Shown: positions 9,074 through 20,019, numbered from the stretch's first letter. The stretch is DNA of 64,000 nucleotides from an uncultured Salinisphaerales bacterium (GCA_964581385.1 CAZOOK010000002.1:1-64000); one strand, 5' to 3'. A program made the numbers and translations. Notes: generated by a model from the sequence alone, not told the origin.

Positions 9074-11362
9074 TCAGTACATGACCTCGCCCTGAATCAC
9101 GCGCGGCGCATCAGTGACAACCGGTTTGCTTCCGATGTAAATGTCTGAGGCCGGGTCGGAAGGATTCTTCAGGTCCGCAGATGTTGGCAGTGTAATGTCG
9201 GATTGGGACGGGAGCGTAAGCGCGCTGCACGCTGACAGTGATTTGCTCGCGAAACGGATTTCCCGATCGAGCCACTTCACCAAATACGTGTTGCTGCCAT
9301 CGCTGACTGTACCCAGTGTCGCGTCATATGGGATAGCGAATTGCGGCACATAACGGACATTATTGCCGGCATCGCAGCTGGCCGGTTGATTGGTCAGGCT
9401 GGACACGCAGTTGCCCGGAATGCCCCACAGATTGCCGAAACCGCCGTACTGAAGAACGATCGACTTGCCGGCGTACTGGCCGTAAGCGGAAGCGTTTGGT
9501 ACGTTGTAAGTGACCTGCAGTGGCGGATCGAACATCACAAAACCGTTGTTCGAATCCGTGACCCCAGCGAACTGATTCCAGTTGTTCGGCCCGGTTTCCC
9601 ATACGTAATAGTGATCGAGGTCGCTGGATTTGTAATAGCAGTAACTGCCGGCTGTACCCGGATTACATTCCGCGGTGGTGAGGTCGTCGAACAACGGTCC
9701 ACTACGCACCCCACCCTGATATTGGGGTGACTGCTGATAGGCGCTCGCGTTCGTGAACACCGCTGCCTGGCCGCCACTGGTCAGCACGGCGCTCTGCGTG
9801 TCGCTGCTGTAGGTGACATAAGCCGAGGACGGATTCCAGTTGTTGAAACTGCTGCTTGTGTATGGAGAACTCGCGCTGGATCCCTGCGTAAAGAATGCCT
9901 GCAGCGAGGTCGCGGTCTGACAGTTCTGGACGCAATACAAGGTTGCTGGCATATCCGCCGGATAGACAATGTTCTGCGCGTGGTACACGACCGGCACCAC
10001 CGAAGAGACGATCGGCGCGTTGGCATTGCTGAGATCCACGAACACGTCGCCACCGAGCGATTGCGAGAAGCCCTGCACGCCGTTCTGTGCCTGCTTCCAG
10101 AACGCTGGATCAACCGGTTGCGGCGTGTCGAGGGTATGCGCCTGGCAACCGTTCTGGCCGCAGTTCATTTGCGCATCCACAACGAACATGCCGGAAGCAT
10201 CATCCCAGTGGATTTCATATTGGGTATTGGACGGCGCGCCCGCGTACAGGTTCGTTGCGTCATTAACCCAGGTGTCGATTTCGATCTGATCGATCGCGTT
10301 CAGCGTGGTGGCCTTGCGCGTGTACTTAGTCAACTTACCGCCGGCGAGCACTACACTGTAGTTGGTTAGTGTCGGCGCCGAATTATTGTTGTAGTCCACC
10401 TTTTGCACCGTGGAACCGGTGGTCAATGTGGCCAGCGCGTCCTGCGGCAGCGACAATCCCCAGTAGCCCATGAATCCCTGGAACATTTGGCCGTTGGACG
10501 TGTACTGGATCGGGAAGCCCGAGTTGAGGTTGACGCGGGCGCCGGAACTGGAGTTGTAGAGGCCATAGCTCCACACTGACATGCCCGTAGCTGGATCGCT
10601 CGCGTCGCGACTGAAGCATTGATCACCGCGCAGGAAGTTGTTCTGATCGTAGGCGAACAGGTAACTGGTGGTTACTGTTGTTCCACTGTCAGTTTGAATC
10701 GTGGTCAGGCCACCGGAACCGGAAGTGGTGCCGACGCTGCTCAACTCCAATGCCGTATTGCTTGCCTGCCCGGGACCGCGCTGCTCGTCTTGATAGAACT
10801 TGAGGCTGCCATCAGCGCCTTCCATGAAACCGCGCATGGAGCACGAACCAGGATTCGCGTCCATGAGACCGCAGAAATCGAGACGGAACTGTCCGTAGGG
10901 ATTGGTATTGCTGGGTGCCTGCGTCGCGCTCAAGTGAACATAGATCGTACCGTGGCCACTGTCTCCATCGCTCTGGTCGACCCAAATGCCGGCGATCATA
11001 GGATCATTGAGCGAAGCACGCGTCGAATTAACCACAGTGGATTGATAATTCGCGGCCTGCGAGCCGTCGCTGGTGGAGCCGCCGTTGGATGCGCTCGACT
11101 GTGAGCTGGAATCGCACTTGTTCTGGTCAATCAGTGCGATGTACGGACCATCGTTCACTAGTGCGTCGGGCCGCATTGAGCTCATGTAACAAGTGATATT
11201 GTTCACTTGCTGGATACCGTCAGACGTGGCGTCCTCGACGTGACTCTGCTGCGGATCAGTGACATACGCCGAATCGGCGGCTGGCGCGGCGATGGCGGTT
11301 GCCGAATACGAGAACAGGGCGGCCAGGGAAATTTTTCCCGGCAACGAGAATTTGGGTGACAT
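9074..11362 (-). CDS. Large secreted protein (762 aa), S/T/G/N/Q/Y-rich, no recognisable catalytic motif; function unknown
   Basis: Sec signal peptide (KISLAALFSYSATAIAAPAAD). Beta-rich low-complexity composition. Translationally coupled (GGGAG RBS, 26-bp gap) to the upstream small lipoprotein gene. Confidence 0.6.
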   Translation of the reverse strand: MSPKFSLPGKISLAALFSYSATAIAAPAADSAYVTDPQQSHVEDATSDGIQQVNNITCYMSSMRPDALVNDGPYIALIDQNKCDSSSQSSASNGGSTSDGSQAANYQSTVVNSTRASLNDPMIAGIWVDQSDGDSGHGTIYVHLSATQAPSNTNPYGQFRLDFCGLMDANPGSCSMRGFMEGADGSLKFYQDEQRGPGQASNTALELSSVGTTSGSGGLTTIQTDSGTTVTTSYLFAYDQNNFLRGDQCFSRDASDPATGMSVWSYGLYNSSSGARVNLNSGFPIQYTSNGQMFQGFMGYWGLSLPQDALATLTTGSTVQKVDYNNNSAPTLTNYSVVLAGGKLTKYTRKATTLNAIDQIEIDTWVNDATNLYAGAPSNTQYEIHWDDASGMFVVDAQMNCGQNGCQAHTLDTPQPVDPAFWKQAQNGVQGFSQSLGGDVFVDLSNANAPIVSSVVPVVYHAQNIVYPADMPATLYCVQNCQTATSLQAFFTQGSSASSPYTSSSFNNWNPSSAYVTYSSDTQSAVLTSGGQAAVFTNASAYQQSPQYQGGVRSGPLFDDLTTAECNPGTAGSYCYYKSSDLDHYYVWETGPNNWNQFAGVTDSNNGFVMFDPPLQVTYNVPNASAYGQYAGKSIVLQYGGFGNLWGIPGNCVSSLTNQPASCDAGNNVRYVPQFAIPYDATLGTVSDGSNTYLVKWLDREIRFASKSLSACSALTLPSQSDITLPTSADLKNPSDPASDIYIGSKPVVTDAPRVIQGEVMY

Positions 11363-11388
11363 TGGAATACTCCCGGAGTGAGGCGTTG

Positions 11389-11562
11389 TTATTGCGCGTT
11401 GTTAGCGGTCACGACCGAGACGCTGCTCGGTGTCGCAACTCCCGCGATATGTCCCACCGGTGTACTGGATGAAGAACTGCTTCCGCCGCCGCCACAGCCT
11501 GCGATTCCCGCGATCAGCATCGCTACGGCCGCGATGTGCCATGCCCGATTTCTCTGCTTCAT
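11389..11562 (-). CDS. Small lipoprotein (57 aa), first gene of the secreted-protein operon. Not in the ORF track because it is under 60 aa
   Basis: Reverse-complement translation: MKQRNRAWHIAAVAMLIAGIAGCGGGGSSSSSSTPVGHIAGVATPSSVSVVTANNAQ*. Lipobox IAGC, GGGGA RBS upstream, TAA stop at 11389-11391. Confidence 0.5.
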   Translation of the reverse strand: MKQRNRAWHIAAVAMLIAGIAGCGGGGSSSSSSTPVGHIAGVATPSSVSVVTANNAQ

Positions 11563-12013
11563 TGGTTTCCCCTGTTGGTGTCGTTAAAAACCACAGATGT
11601 GCCCCGATGCGGCGCGCGCGGCTTTACCCCGTCCTGCTCGCCCATCTCCCATAGCGGCTTGCCGGGACACAATTTCAGGTTCTTCGATAGAGGATCGGGG
11701 GTGGATCGATGAAAGGTGGCCGCCCAGACGACGGTCGGTGATGGCGCGCACAATTTTGAGACTTGGCCACAGTTCAAACGGTGCGGGAGGTACCGTATGC
11801 GCGCCGCCAGCGAAATAGTGCGAATCGATTCGCTCTTTCCGGATTCGTATCCACTGAGATTTCGGGAATGCGGCCGCAGAGACTGAATGGCGGATCTGAA
11901 ACGACGAACGGCTGCTTCACCAACTTCCTTGTTTCGAGCGATGACGCACGCCGCCTGCGATGCGGACGTTTCAAGAAGCAAAAAATGCGAAGCCGGTGCT
12001 ATGAAATTCGCGT

Positions 12014-13264
12014 TCAGCGGAAGCGTGTAACCGCACACCGTTCGATCGCGAGCGTGGTTGGCAGACCGGTCAGCAGCTCCGTCACGAGCTGTGCCGTGAT
12101 CGCCGACAGACTCACACCGAGCATGCCGTGCCCGGTTGCGAGTGTGAGGTTCTCAAGCGGTAATGCACGTCCGATGATTGGCAGATCATCCGGTGTCATC
12201 GGCCGCCAGCCATACCACTCCTCCTCGATTTTCGGACCGACCGGTTCGTGCAGGTATTCGGCGGCGGCGCGGGCGAGCGCGTCCAATCGTGTGCGGTTCA
12301 GCGTGCTGTCGTAGCCGGAGAATTCCATCGTGCTGCCGAGCCGGTAGCCGCTGGCCCAGGCAGTGACGCAGACGCTGCGTTCCTTCAACGTCACCGGAAT
12401 CGTTGGCGCCCGCACTGGCCGGGCGTAGGTGATCGAGTAGCCTTTGCCGGGCTGGATCGGCAGGCGCAGGCCGAGTTGCCTGCCTATGCGCGGCGACCAT
12501 GCGCCGAGCGCAAAGACGATTTCGGCAGCGCTGAATTTTTCGCGAACGCTGACGACGGTTTCGACGCGATTGCTGCCGATGCGAAAGCCGGTGATTTCGG
12601 TGTTTTCTCGGATCTCGCCGCCGGCAGCGCACACGGCGCGGGCAAGTTCAGCAACATAGCGGTTCGGGCGCAGTCGCGCATCGCCGGGGTGATGGTGCGC
12701 GCCGATAATTGAATCGTTGAGCGCGGGTTCCAGCGTACGCGCAGCGGCACCGTCGAGCACTTGCACCGGCACGCCGAGCTCGCGCAGCAGCTTGGCTTCG
12801 GGTGCCGCTTTTTCGAACTCAGCGGCATCGCGATAGACCGACAGCGTGCCGCTGTCCTCGAATTCACAATCGAGCCCTTCGTCGCGAACTAGCTGTGCAA
12901 GCCGTTCACGCGACGCGAGCAACAACTTCGCCTTGAGCTCCGCGGTGCGCCTGTAGTCGCGTGCGTTGCAGTGGCCTGCGAAGGCGAACAGCCACGCAAG
13001 TAGCTCCGGATTCAGCGTCGGTTTGATGCGCAGCGGCGCGTCCGGCTTCAGCAACCATTTCAATCCTTTGGCAATGGTGCCCGGCGCGGGCAACGGCAGC
13101 AGGCCTGGCGTGATCGTGCCGCAATTGCCATGCGAACTGCCGCTACCGATGCGGTTCATCTCCAGCACCCTGACACTGCGGCCCGCGCGCAGCAAAAACA
13201 GAGCGCAGGCAAGGCCGATGACGCCACCGCCGAGGATCAGAACATCCGGGCGTTGGGCGCTCAT
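12014..13264 (-). CDS. FAD-dependent oxidoreductase, D-amino-acid dehydrogenase (DadA)-like
   Basis: 416 aa. N-terminal GxGxxG (ILGGGVIGLACAL). DAO-family pattern through to the C-terminus. Confidence 0.7.
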   Translation of the reverse strand: MSAQRPDVLILGGGVIGLACALFLLRAGRSVRVLEMNRIGSGSSHGNCGTITPGLLPLPAPGTIAKGLKWLLKPDAPLRIKPTLNPELLAWLFAFAGHCNARDYRRTAELKAKLLLASRERLAQLVRDEGLDCEFEDSGTLSVYRDAAEFEKAAPEAKLLRELGVPVQVLDGAAARTLEPALNDSIIGAHHHPGDARLRPNRYVAELARAVCAAGGEIRENTEITGFRIGSNRVETVVSVREKFSAAEIVFALGAWSPRIGRQLGLRLPIQPGKGYSITYARPVRAPTIPVTLKERSVCVTAWASGYRLGSTMEFSGYDSTLNRTRLDALARAAAEYLHEPVGPKIEEEWYGWRPMTPDDLPIIGRALPLENLTLATGHGMLGVSLSAITAQLVTELLTGLPTTLAIERCAVTRFR

Positions 13265-13350
13265 CGCGAAAACTCAGGCGGCGCGTTCATTGGGCCCGCA
13301 TTGTGCCGCTGCAGACGCCATTGCGCATCTGTGCCTGAGATAATACGGTC

Positions 13351-16116
13351 ATGAATTCGGAACCTATCGATCCGGGTGCCGTTGCTGCGACAGCTCGCGT
13401 TTTCGCTGCAAGCCCGTTCGTCGCGGCGGTCGTGCGCAGCGACGCAACGTTGGTGGCGCGCTGGTTGATGGAGCCGCCGCTGGCATCTGCGGATGTCGAA
13501 CGGAATCTTTCCGAGACGGTGGCCAATCTTAGCGACGAGCCGATGTTCATGCGTGAACTGCGCCGCTTTCGCAATGCCGAGATGGCGCGCATCGCCGCAC
13601 GCGCAATTGCCGAAATCGCTCCGCTCGACGAGACCCTTGGCGACTTGTCCAATCTTGCCGATGCCTGCTGTGCACAGACGCTGGCCTGGGCGCAGCGGCG
13701 GTTGAGCGCGCGTTACGGTACACCACGCGACGTCACGAACAAGGAGGCGCGTGCGATTGTGCTCGGCATGGGGAAGCTTGGCGGGCGCGAACTCAATTTC
13801 TCGTCCGATATCGATCTGATTTTTGTCCACACCGCAGAAGGCGAAACCGACGGTGTCGCCATTATCACCAACGGCGAGTTCTTCTCGAAACTCGCCCAAG
13901 ACACGTCGCGACTGCTGGCCAGCGCGACAGAGGATGGATTCGTATTTCGTGTGGACACCATGTTGCGGCCGTTCGGCAGTGTCGGCGCGCTGGCAATCAC
14001 TGCCGACGCCATGGAACAGTATTACCAGACGCACGGCCGCGAGTGGGAACGCTACGCGCTGATCAAGGCGCGGCCGATCGCGGGCGACATCGAAGCGGGC
14101 CGTATTCTGCTCGCAACGCTGCGGCCGTTCGTGTATCGCCGCTATCTCGATTTCAGCGCGATCGGCGCGCTGCGCGAGCTCAAACGCATGATTGACGCTG
14201 ATGCGCGCAAGCGCGGCGCCGAGGACGATCTGAAGCTGGGTCCCGGCGGTATCCGCGAGCTGGAGTTCATTGTGCAATTGTTCCAGCTCGTACGCGGCGG
14301 GCAGGATGCGAAGTTGCGCGACAATCGCTTGCGACCGGTGCTGCACCATCTGGGCGAAGCTGGTTTGCTGCCTCCGGAATCGACACGCGCGCTTGACGAC
14401 GCCTATGTTTTCCTACGCCGCTGCGAAAACGCCATCCAGATGTATGGCGATTTGCAGACTCACAAGTTGCCGCGCGAGAACAAAGCCCGCGACGCGCTGC
14501 GGGTTGCTCTGGGCTTCGCCGACGAACCAGAGCTGCGCGCGGCGCTCGATGCGGTCCGCGGTCGCGTGCACGCGGAATTCAGGCGCTTATTCGCGGACGA
14601 AGACGACCGAACCGGTGCTGTACGTGTTGACGCCGAACGCTTGTGGCATGGCGAAGCCCCGGAGCGTGAATCGATACTCGCGGCTCATGGTTTCACGCGT
14701 CAACGTGAAGTTGCCGCAGCAATCGCGGAACTGATCAGTTCCCGCCTCGTGCGCATGCTCGGCGATCCGGCACGCGTGCGCCTGCAGACTGTGCTGGGCC
14801 TGCTAGCCGAAGCGGTGACGGAGGAATCGGATCGCGATACCGCACTGATCCGCTCATTGCGTGTGCTCGCCGCGATTGCTGGGCGCAGTACCTATGTGGC
14901 ACTCCTGCGCGAACAACCGCGCGCACGCCAGCAACTCGTACGTCTGTGTGCGGCGAGTCCGTGGATCGCGGAATTGCTCGCGCAGACGCCGGCGTTGCTC
15001 GACACGCTGCTCGACGAACGCCTCGCCAGTGAGGCGCCGGATCGCGAGTTGCTGGCGACGCAACTTCAGCGTCTCGCCAGCCTTGTTGCCGCTGACGACA
15101 CCGAAGCAGTGATGGATCTGCTGCGTCGCTATCGTCAGGAGATGACGCTGCGCATCGCCGCCGCGGATCTTTCCGGCGCGCTGCCGCTGGTGCAGGTCAG
15201 CGACCGGCTGACCTGGCTTGCCGAGGCTATCGTGGCACAGACCCTGATCTACGCGCGTGTGCAGCTGCAATCACAGTACGGCGCGCCGCATCGCGCTGAC
15301 GGTTCGGCCGCCGGATTCGCGGTGATCGCCTACGGCAAGTTCGGCAGCATCGAGCTTGGGTACGGTTCTGACCTCGATCTCGTCTTTGTCTACGACGTCG
15401 ACGATGCGGACGCCGCAACGGTCGGTGGCAAGCGCGCGCTGGCCGCGTCGGATTTCTTTTCGCGGCTCGGACAGCGCGTGGTGCAATTGCTATCGGCACA
15501 AACCGGCGCCGGCCGCGCATACGAGATCGATCTGCAATTGCGTCCGAGCGGCAATTCGGGACTGGTCGTCACCCGACTGGCCGGCTTCGCGCGCTATCAG
15601 CAAGAGAGTGCGTGGACATGGGAGCACCAGGCGCTGCTGCGTGCGCGTACGGTCGCTGGTGACGCAGTGTTGTGCGCGGCGATCGAAAGGGTGCGCCGCG
15701 AAGTCCTGATACGTCCGCAGGATCCGCAGGTATTGCGCGGTGAAGTCGCCGCGATGCGCGCGAAAATGCGCGTGAACCTCGAGAAGCATACCCCCGGCCG
15801 TTGGGATGTAAAACAGGGAAGCGGCGGACTCATCGACGCGGAATTCCTGACCCAGTATCTGTGCCTGCTGCATGCGCATGCGCGGGCTTCGCTGGTCGAA
15901 TACACCGATAACTGGCGACAACTCGAAGCGCTGGCGGCAGCGGGTCTGATCGACATCGCACAAAAGGACGTGCTGCTGGCAGCGGAGCGCGCATATCGCG
16001 GCTGGCTGCATCGCCGTGCGTTGCAGCAACAGGACGGCTTGGCGGATGATGCACTCTTTACCAAACACCGTGGCGAGGTGACGGCGTTATGGACCCATTT
16101 TCTTGGCGGAGGCTGA
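13351..16116 (+). CDS. glnE: Bifunctional glutamine synthetase adenylyltransferase / adenylyl-removing enzyme
   Basis: 921 aa with two nucleotidyltransferase domains ([18 protein letters not shown] and [18 protein letters not shown]) and GlnE-specific linker regions. Confidence 0.9.
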   Translation: MNSEPIDPGAVAATARVFAASPFVAAVVRSDATLVARWLMEPPLASADVERNLSETVANLSDEPMFMRELRRFRNAEMARIAARAIAEIAPLDETLGDLSNLADACCAQTLAWAQRRLSARYGTPRDVTNKEARAIVLGMGKLGGRELNFSSDIDLIFVHTAEGETDGVAIITNGEFFSKLAQDTSRLLASATEDGFVFRVDTMLRPFGSVGALAITADAMEQYYQTHGREWERYALIKARPIAGDIEAGRILLATLRPFVYRRYLDFSAIGALRELKRMIDADARKRGAEDDLKLGPGGIRELEFIVQLFQLVRGGQDAKLRDNRLRPVLHHLGEAGLLPPESTRALDDAYVFLRRCENAIQMYGDLQTHKLPRENKARDALRVALGFADEPELRAALDAVRGRVHAEFRRLFADEDDRTGAVRVDAERLWHGEAPERESILAAHGFTRQREVAAAIAELISSRLVRMLGDPARVRLQTVLGLLAEAVTEESDRDTALIRSLRVLAAIAGRSTYVALLREQPRARQQLVRLCAASPWIAELLAQTPALLDTLLDERLASEAPDRELLATQLQRLASLVAADDTEAVMDLLRRYRQEMTLRIAAADLSGALPLVQVSDRLTWLAEAIVAQTLIYARVQLQSQYGAPHRADGSAAGFAVIAYGKFGSIELGYGSDLDLVFVYDVDDADAATVGGKRALAASDFFSRLGQRVVQLLSAQTGAGRAYEIDLQLRPSGNSGLVVTRLAGFARYQQESAWTWEHQALLRARTVAGDAVLCAAIERVRREVLIRPQDPQVLRGEVAAMRAKMRVNLEKHTPGRWDVKQGSGGLIDAEFLTQYLCLLHAHARASLVEYTDNWRQLEALAAAGLIDIAQKDVLLAAERAYRGWLHRRALQQQDGLADDALFTKHRGEVTALWTHFLGGG

Positions 16117-17053
16117 AGTGATTGTCGTAACCGGTGCGACGGGTTTTATCGGCTCGAATCTGGTGATGGGACTCAATGCGACAGGCGCATCGAATATTCT
16201 CGCCGTCGATGATCTGACCGACGGCACCAAGTTCCGCAATCTTGCGGACGCTGATATCGCGGACTATCTCGACAAGGACGAATTCATCGCGCGCGTCGAC
16301 AGTGGTGATTTACCGCCTGTGAGCGTCGTTTTCCATCAGGGTGCGTGCTCGACCACCACCGAGTGGAACGGCAAGTTCATGATGGAAGTCAACTACCGTT
16401 ACTCGCAGCGTCTGCTGGCGTTCTGCCAGTCGCGCGGCATTCCATTCATTTATGCCTCCAGCGCGTCGGTGTATGGCAACGGCGCGTCCGGATTTCGCGA
16501 AGAGCGCGACTGCGAGCGGCCGCTGAACATGTATGCCTACTCCAAATTCCAGTTCGACCAATACGTGCGCCGGCAGGAGCTTGGTGCGCAGGTGGTTGGC
16601 CTGCGTTATTTCAATGTGTACGGCCCGCGCGAGCAGCACAAGGGCGGCATGGCGAGCACTGCGTTCCACTTCAACAATCAGCTGATGAAGGACAGTGAGT
16701 GCAGGTTGTTCGTTGGCTGCGACGGCTACGGCGATGGTGAGCAACGGCGCGATTTCATCCATGTCGACGACGTCGTCGCGATGAATATCTGGTTCTGGGA
16801 AAACCGCAATAAGTCCGGCATCTTCAACTGCGGCACTGGCCGCTCGCAGCCGTTCAACGACGTCGCGCGCGCGGTGATCGCCTGGCACGGCAAGGGCGCG
16901 ATCAAATACATCCCGTTTCCAGAGAATCTGGTCGGCCGCTATCAGTCATTCACGGAAGCCGATCTCGCCAGGCTGCGCAAGATCGGTTATGGCCGGCCAT
17001 TCCTGACGGTGGAGCAAGGTGTCAGGAAATATCTTGACTGGCTGAACCACTAG
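16103..17053 (+). CDS. hldD: ADP-L-glycero-D-manno-heptose-6-epimerase
   Basis: 316 aa. [11 protein letters not shown] Rossmann motif and the HldD/RfaD signature. Start is TTG at 16103 or GTG at 16118. Overlaps or abuts the glnE stop at 16114-16116. Confidence 0.85.
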   Translation: MAEAEVIVVTGATGFIGSNLVMGLNATGASNILAVDDLTDGTKFRNLADADIADYLDKDEFIARVDSGDLPPVSVVFHQGACSTTTEWNGKFMMEVNYRYSQRLLAFCQSRGIPFIYASSASVYGNGASGFREERDCERPLNMYAYSKFQFDQYVRRQELGAQVVGLRYFNVYGPREQHKGGMASTAFHFNNQLMKDSECRLFVGCDGYGDGEQRRDFIHVDDVVAMNIWFWENRNKSGIFNCGTGRSQPFNDVARAVIAWHGKGAIKYIPFPENLVGRYQSFTEADLARLRKIGYGRPFLTVEQGVRKYLDWLNH

Positions 17054-17079
17054 AGCGTGTTGTACAGAGGCTCAAACCC

Positions 17080-19413
17080 TCATTTGAGCTTCCACGAAAT
17101 TTTGACCAACAGCCGAGCGGCCTCTGGTTTGCCGTTGAGCATGCCGGGTTTCCATTTGCAGCGACTAAACCCCGCGCGGGCGGCTTGGTCGAGATCGTAA
17201 TAACCGCTCGAATCAGCGACGCGGCTATCGGTGACGCTGCCGTCGACGTCGATGGACAGCTCAACCACCGAAGTCCCGGCTTCGCTCGCGAACCGGGCTC
17301 CACTGGGATATTGCGGAGCCGCACAGGGGTGTGACGGATCGCGCGAAGGTGGAGTCCGCACTGCCGGAGCTTCAGCGACAGCGGTACTGGCGGGCATCGT
17401 CGCGGGCGCCGCCGGCACGGGTGTCCGCGCGGCGGGGGCCGCAGACTGCTGTGCCGTGCCATTTGCGCGAGCGCTGGGGGCCGGCGTCGGCATTGTCGCA
17501 GTTGCTGCCTGTACGGGCGTCCGAGCGGCTGGGACCGCCGGCTGCTGTGCCGTTCCGCTTGCTTGAGCACCAGCACTTGGACTCGGTGTCGTGCTCGAAG
17601 CTGGCGTGGTTGCCGCCTGGACAGGCGTCTGAACAGCTTGAACCGCCGGCTGCTGCACCGTTCCATTTGCTTGAACGCCGGATTCCAAGGTCGGCTTGCC
17701 GTTCGCCGGCGCTTGCTGCGTCCGCAGCGCAGCGCTGCGCTGGGCTTTCTCCTGCTCCTTCGCCGCGTCCAATTTGCGCAGGCGTTCATTCTCCCGCGCC
17801 TGGTCGGCGGCCTGCGCCCGCGCCACAATCTCGTCCTGGCTAGTGCTCGCGAAGAGTTGATCGTGCGGCGCAGCGGACGCGGGCGGCGATGCTCGTTCCG
17901 CGGGTGCGGGTCCGGGTGCGGGTGCTGCGGCAGGCGCCTGAGATGGCGTTGCCACCTTTGGTCCCTCAGCAACCGTTATGGGAGCCGCGGGGCTCTTGCG
18001 GTGTATCACGAACACAACAACCGCGAGCACCAAAAATAGCGCGCAGCCGGCAACCATCATCATGCCCAGCGGCTTCGATTGAGGCCGGAAGGCGGGGGCC
18101 GGTCCCAGTAGTGCGATCTCGGCATCCGCAGTGCGCGTCGACGGATAATCAGCATCTGCGTCCGGCGGTGTCGCTGGCGTAGGTGCCGGTGGCTCGGATA
18201 TCGGTAACGCAGGGATCGCTGACGCAGGTGTTGCTGGCGAAGGAGCTGCGACTCTCGGTGCAGCCACCACGGGTGCGGTAGATCCAGCTTTTGGCGCAGA
18301 TGCCGCCGGCGCGGGAGATGCAGCTCTCGGCGCGGGTGCCGCTGGTACAGTTCTCGGTGCAGCTGCCACGGGTGCTGTAGATCCAATTTTTGGCGCCGGC
18401 ACCGGCGCGCGTCCCGCCAGGGCTTCGCGCCATTCCGCTGCGCTTTTCGGACGCTGTTCAGCATCGAGGCGCAATCCCCAATCCACTGCTTTGAGAAACT
18501 CCGACGGAAAGCTGTTGTATCCGATCTTAAGTGCTGGCGTTAATGCTGCTTCGCCACGACTCAGTCGCAGCGAATCCGCCGGCACGGCTCCGCTGAGTGC
18601 GCGGTAAATCGTTGCCGCAACACTGTACAGATCCGTCGTCGGCCCAGGACGCGCGGAGGCGGAATAAACTTCCGGCGGCGCATATCCCGGCATCACTACG
18701 CTGTAGATCGAGCGGAATTTAAAGCGCATGACGAAGCGCGCCGCACCGAAATCCACCAGCCATGGTGAACCGTCGCTATCGATCAGGATGTTTTCCGGCC
18801 GTATATCCCAGTGCAGCAGGCCGGCCGTGTGAATTTGCGCCAGCGGCTCCAATAGCTGATCTACCAGCGGAAGTAGCACGGTCGATGGCAGTGTTTGCTC
18901 GCGATCGAGCCGCGCCGCGAGCGTTTCACCGCTCAGAGGCGCTGAGGCGTAATACGCGGTTCCATTGGCTTCCACCACCTGCAAGACTTGCAGCACGTGA
19001 GGCAGCCGCAACGATTGCAATCCAGCCGCCTGATCGGCAAACCCGCGCAAGCCCCAATGAATCGTGCGCCGGGCATCTTCACTGCGCGCGCGCAACTCAA
19101 GACCTTCGCGCACCATGAATTCCGCAGGGGCAAATTCCTTGAGCAGAACCTCGGCGTTGCTGATGGTGTCGCGTGCCCGATACAGCAGACTAAAGTGATC
19201 GGAGCGCGCATCGAATTGTTCGATCCGGTAGCGATCGATCAATGTGCCAATCGGAAGTGGGGCGACTGGTGCTTCGGTGTTGTCCGCGACCATGTTACGA
19301 GCTCCCCACTCGTCCCGCGCCCGTCCAGAACTGCCATCCGCGTTCGCCGCCATCATAGATCCGCCGTTCCGTAGATCCGCCGCTTTCGAACGGCCAAAAT
19401 CCGGACTCAACAC
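17080..19413 (-). CDS. Membrane Ser/Thr protein kinase with a C-terminal TonB-C-like domain and Pro/Ala/Thr/Gln-rich tandem repeats
   Basis: N-terminal Hanks kinase (HWDIRPENILID, DFG as LVDFGAARF). One TM segment (MMMVAGCALFLVLAVVVFVIH). Low-complexity repeats. C-terminal ELSIDVDGSVTDSRVADSSGY...KPGMLNGKP resembles TonB_C. A more probable start is the ATG at 19293 (MVADNTEAP). Confidence 0.7.
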   Translation of the reverse strand: MLSPDFGRSKAADLRNGGSMMAANADGSSGRARDEWGARNMVADNTEAPVAPLPIGTLIDRYRIEQFDARSDHFSLLYRARDTISNAEVLLKEFAPAEFMVREGLELRARSEDARRTIHWGLRGFADQAAGLQSLRLPHVLQVLQVVEANGTAYYASAPLSGETLAARLDREQTLPSTVLLPLVDQLLEPLAQIHTAGLLHWDIRPENILIDSDGSPWLVDFGAARFVMRFKFRSIYSVVMPGYAPPEVYSASARPGPTTDLYSVAATIYRALSGAVPADSLRLSRGEAALTPALKIGYNSFPSEFLKAVDWGLRLDAEQRPKSAAEWREALAGRAPVPAPKIGSTAPVAAAPRTVPAAPAPRAASPAPAASAPKAGSTAPVVAAPRVAAPSPATPASAIPALPISEPPAPTPATPPDADADYPSTRTADAEIALLGPAPAFRPQSKPLGMMMVAGCALFLVLAVVVFVIHRKSPAAPITVAEGPKVATPSQAPAAAPAPGPAPAERASPPASAAPHDQLFASTSQDEIVARAQAADQARENERLRKLDAAKEQEKAQRSAALRTQQAPANGKPTLESGVQANGTVQQPAVQAVQTPVQAATTPASSTTPSPSAGAQASGTAQQPAVPAARTPVQAATATMPTPAPSARANGTAQQSAAPAARTPVPAAPATMPASTAVAEAPAVRTPPSRDPSHPCAAPQYPSGARFASEAGTSVVELSIDVDGSVTDSRVADSSGYYDLDQAARAGFSRCKWKPGMLNGKPEAARLLVKISWKLK
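17400..17720. repeat. About 100-bp in-frame tandem repeat (3 copies) inside the kinase gene
   Basis: GGCTGCTGTGCCGT[GT]CC[AG][TC]TTGC recurs about every 100-108 bp. Encodes GTAQQPAV..ARTPV.AA repeats. Confidence 0.6.
18240..18420. repeat. About 105-bp in-frame tandem repeat (2 copies) inside the kinase gene
   Basis: CTCGGTGCAGC[CT][AG]CCACGGGTGC[GT]GTAGATCCA..TTTTGGCGC repeated. Encodes APKIGSTAPVAAAPR-type repeats. Confidence 0.55.
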
Positions 19414-19703
19414 ATTGATCTGCTAAATAATTACAGTCACGTGTCCGAGTGCAACCCAAACGCTGCGTACCAGCTGAATCCAGAATGGATCTGAAAGTCA
19501 GACGAACAGCAATATGCGGAGTTGCTGTTTCACTTAGCGACATTTGCCGACAGATCTTGAATATTTATTGTGCACAATACTAAACCGGCCGTGGCATGAA
19601 ACTGCGGTCAATGGTTTGTCGCGCACATGGATCAGAGGCATTCCGACATGCATCTTGGCGAGTCGCCAGTATGAGGCGCGGAACAAATCGAAGCCATTGA
19701 TTG

Positions 19704-19991
19704 CTATTTGTCCGCATTTCCTCGGCGTCTTCGAAGCGCTTTCCTTTCGATTTTTGGCAGCTCGATCTCGTCCAGATCGATTCTCTGCTTGCCCAGCACT
19801 TTCATGATCGCCACATACAGTTGAGCGCTCATTCCGCCGCGGCCGACCTTGGTGCTTAGGTTGGTCGCGGATTGCCCGATGCCGCGGGCGCGCAGCGCGG
19901 CCGACAAATCCTCGAAGGTCAGATTCTGACGCGCCTTCTCGGCGCGGATCGAGCTCTGGATGAACCGTTGCAACTCTGGATGGTTGGCCAT
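19704..19991 (-). CDS. Small HTH-like DNA-binding protein, hypothetical
   Basis: 96 aa from the ATG at 19991 (MANHPELQRF...). Contains LTFEDLSAALRARGIGQSATNLSTKVGRGGMSAQLYVAIMKVL, which looks like a helix-turn-helix. Three palindromes sit just upstream. Confidence 0.4.
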   Translation of the reverse strand: MANHPELQRFIQSSIRAEKARQNLTFEDLSAALRARGIGQSATNLSTKVGRGGMSAQLYVAIMKVLGKQRIDLDEIELPKIERKALRRRRGNADK

Positions 19992-20019
19992 GGAAGAACC
20001 AGATAATTCATTGAATGTA

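Noticed and set aside
13287-16068. Numerous 60-190 aa antisense or alternate-frame ORFs inside glnE, and likewise inside pelB, pelA, the kinase and others
   Set aside because: Typical stop-codon-poor shadow ORFs of high-GC genomes. They overlap well-supported genes and lack RBS or domain features.
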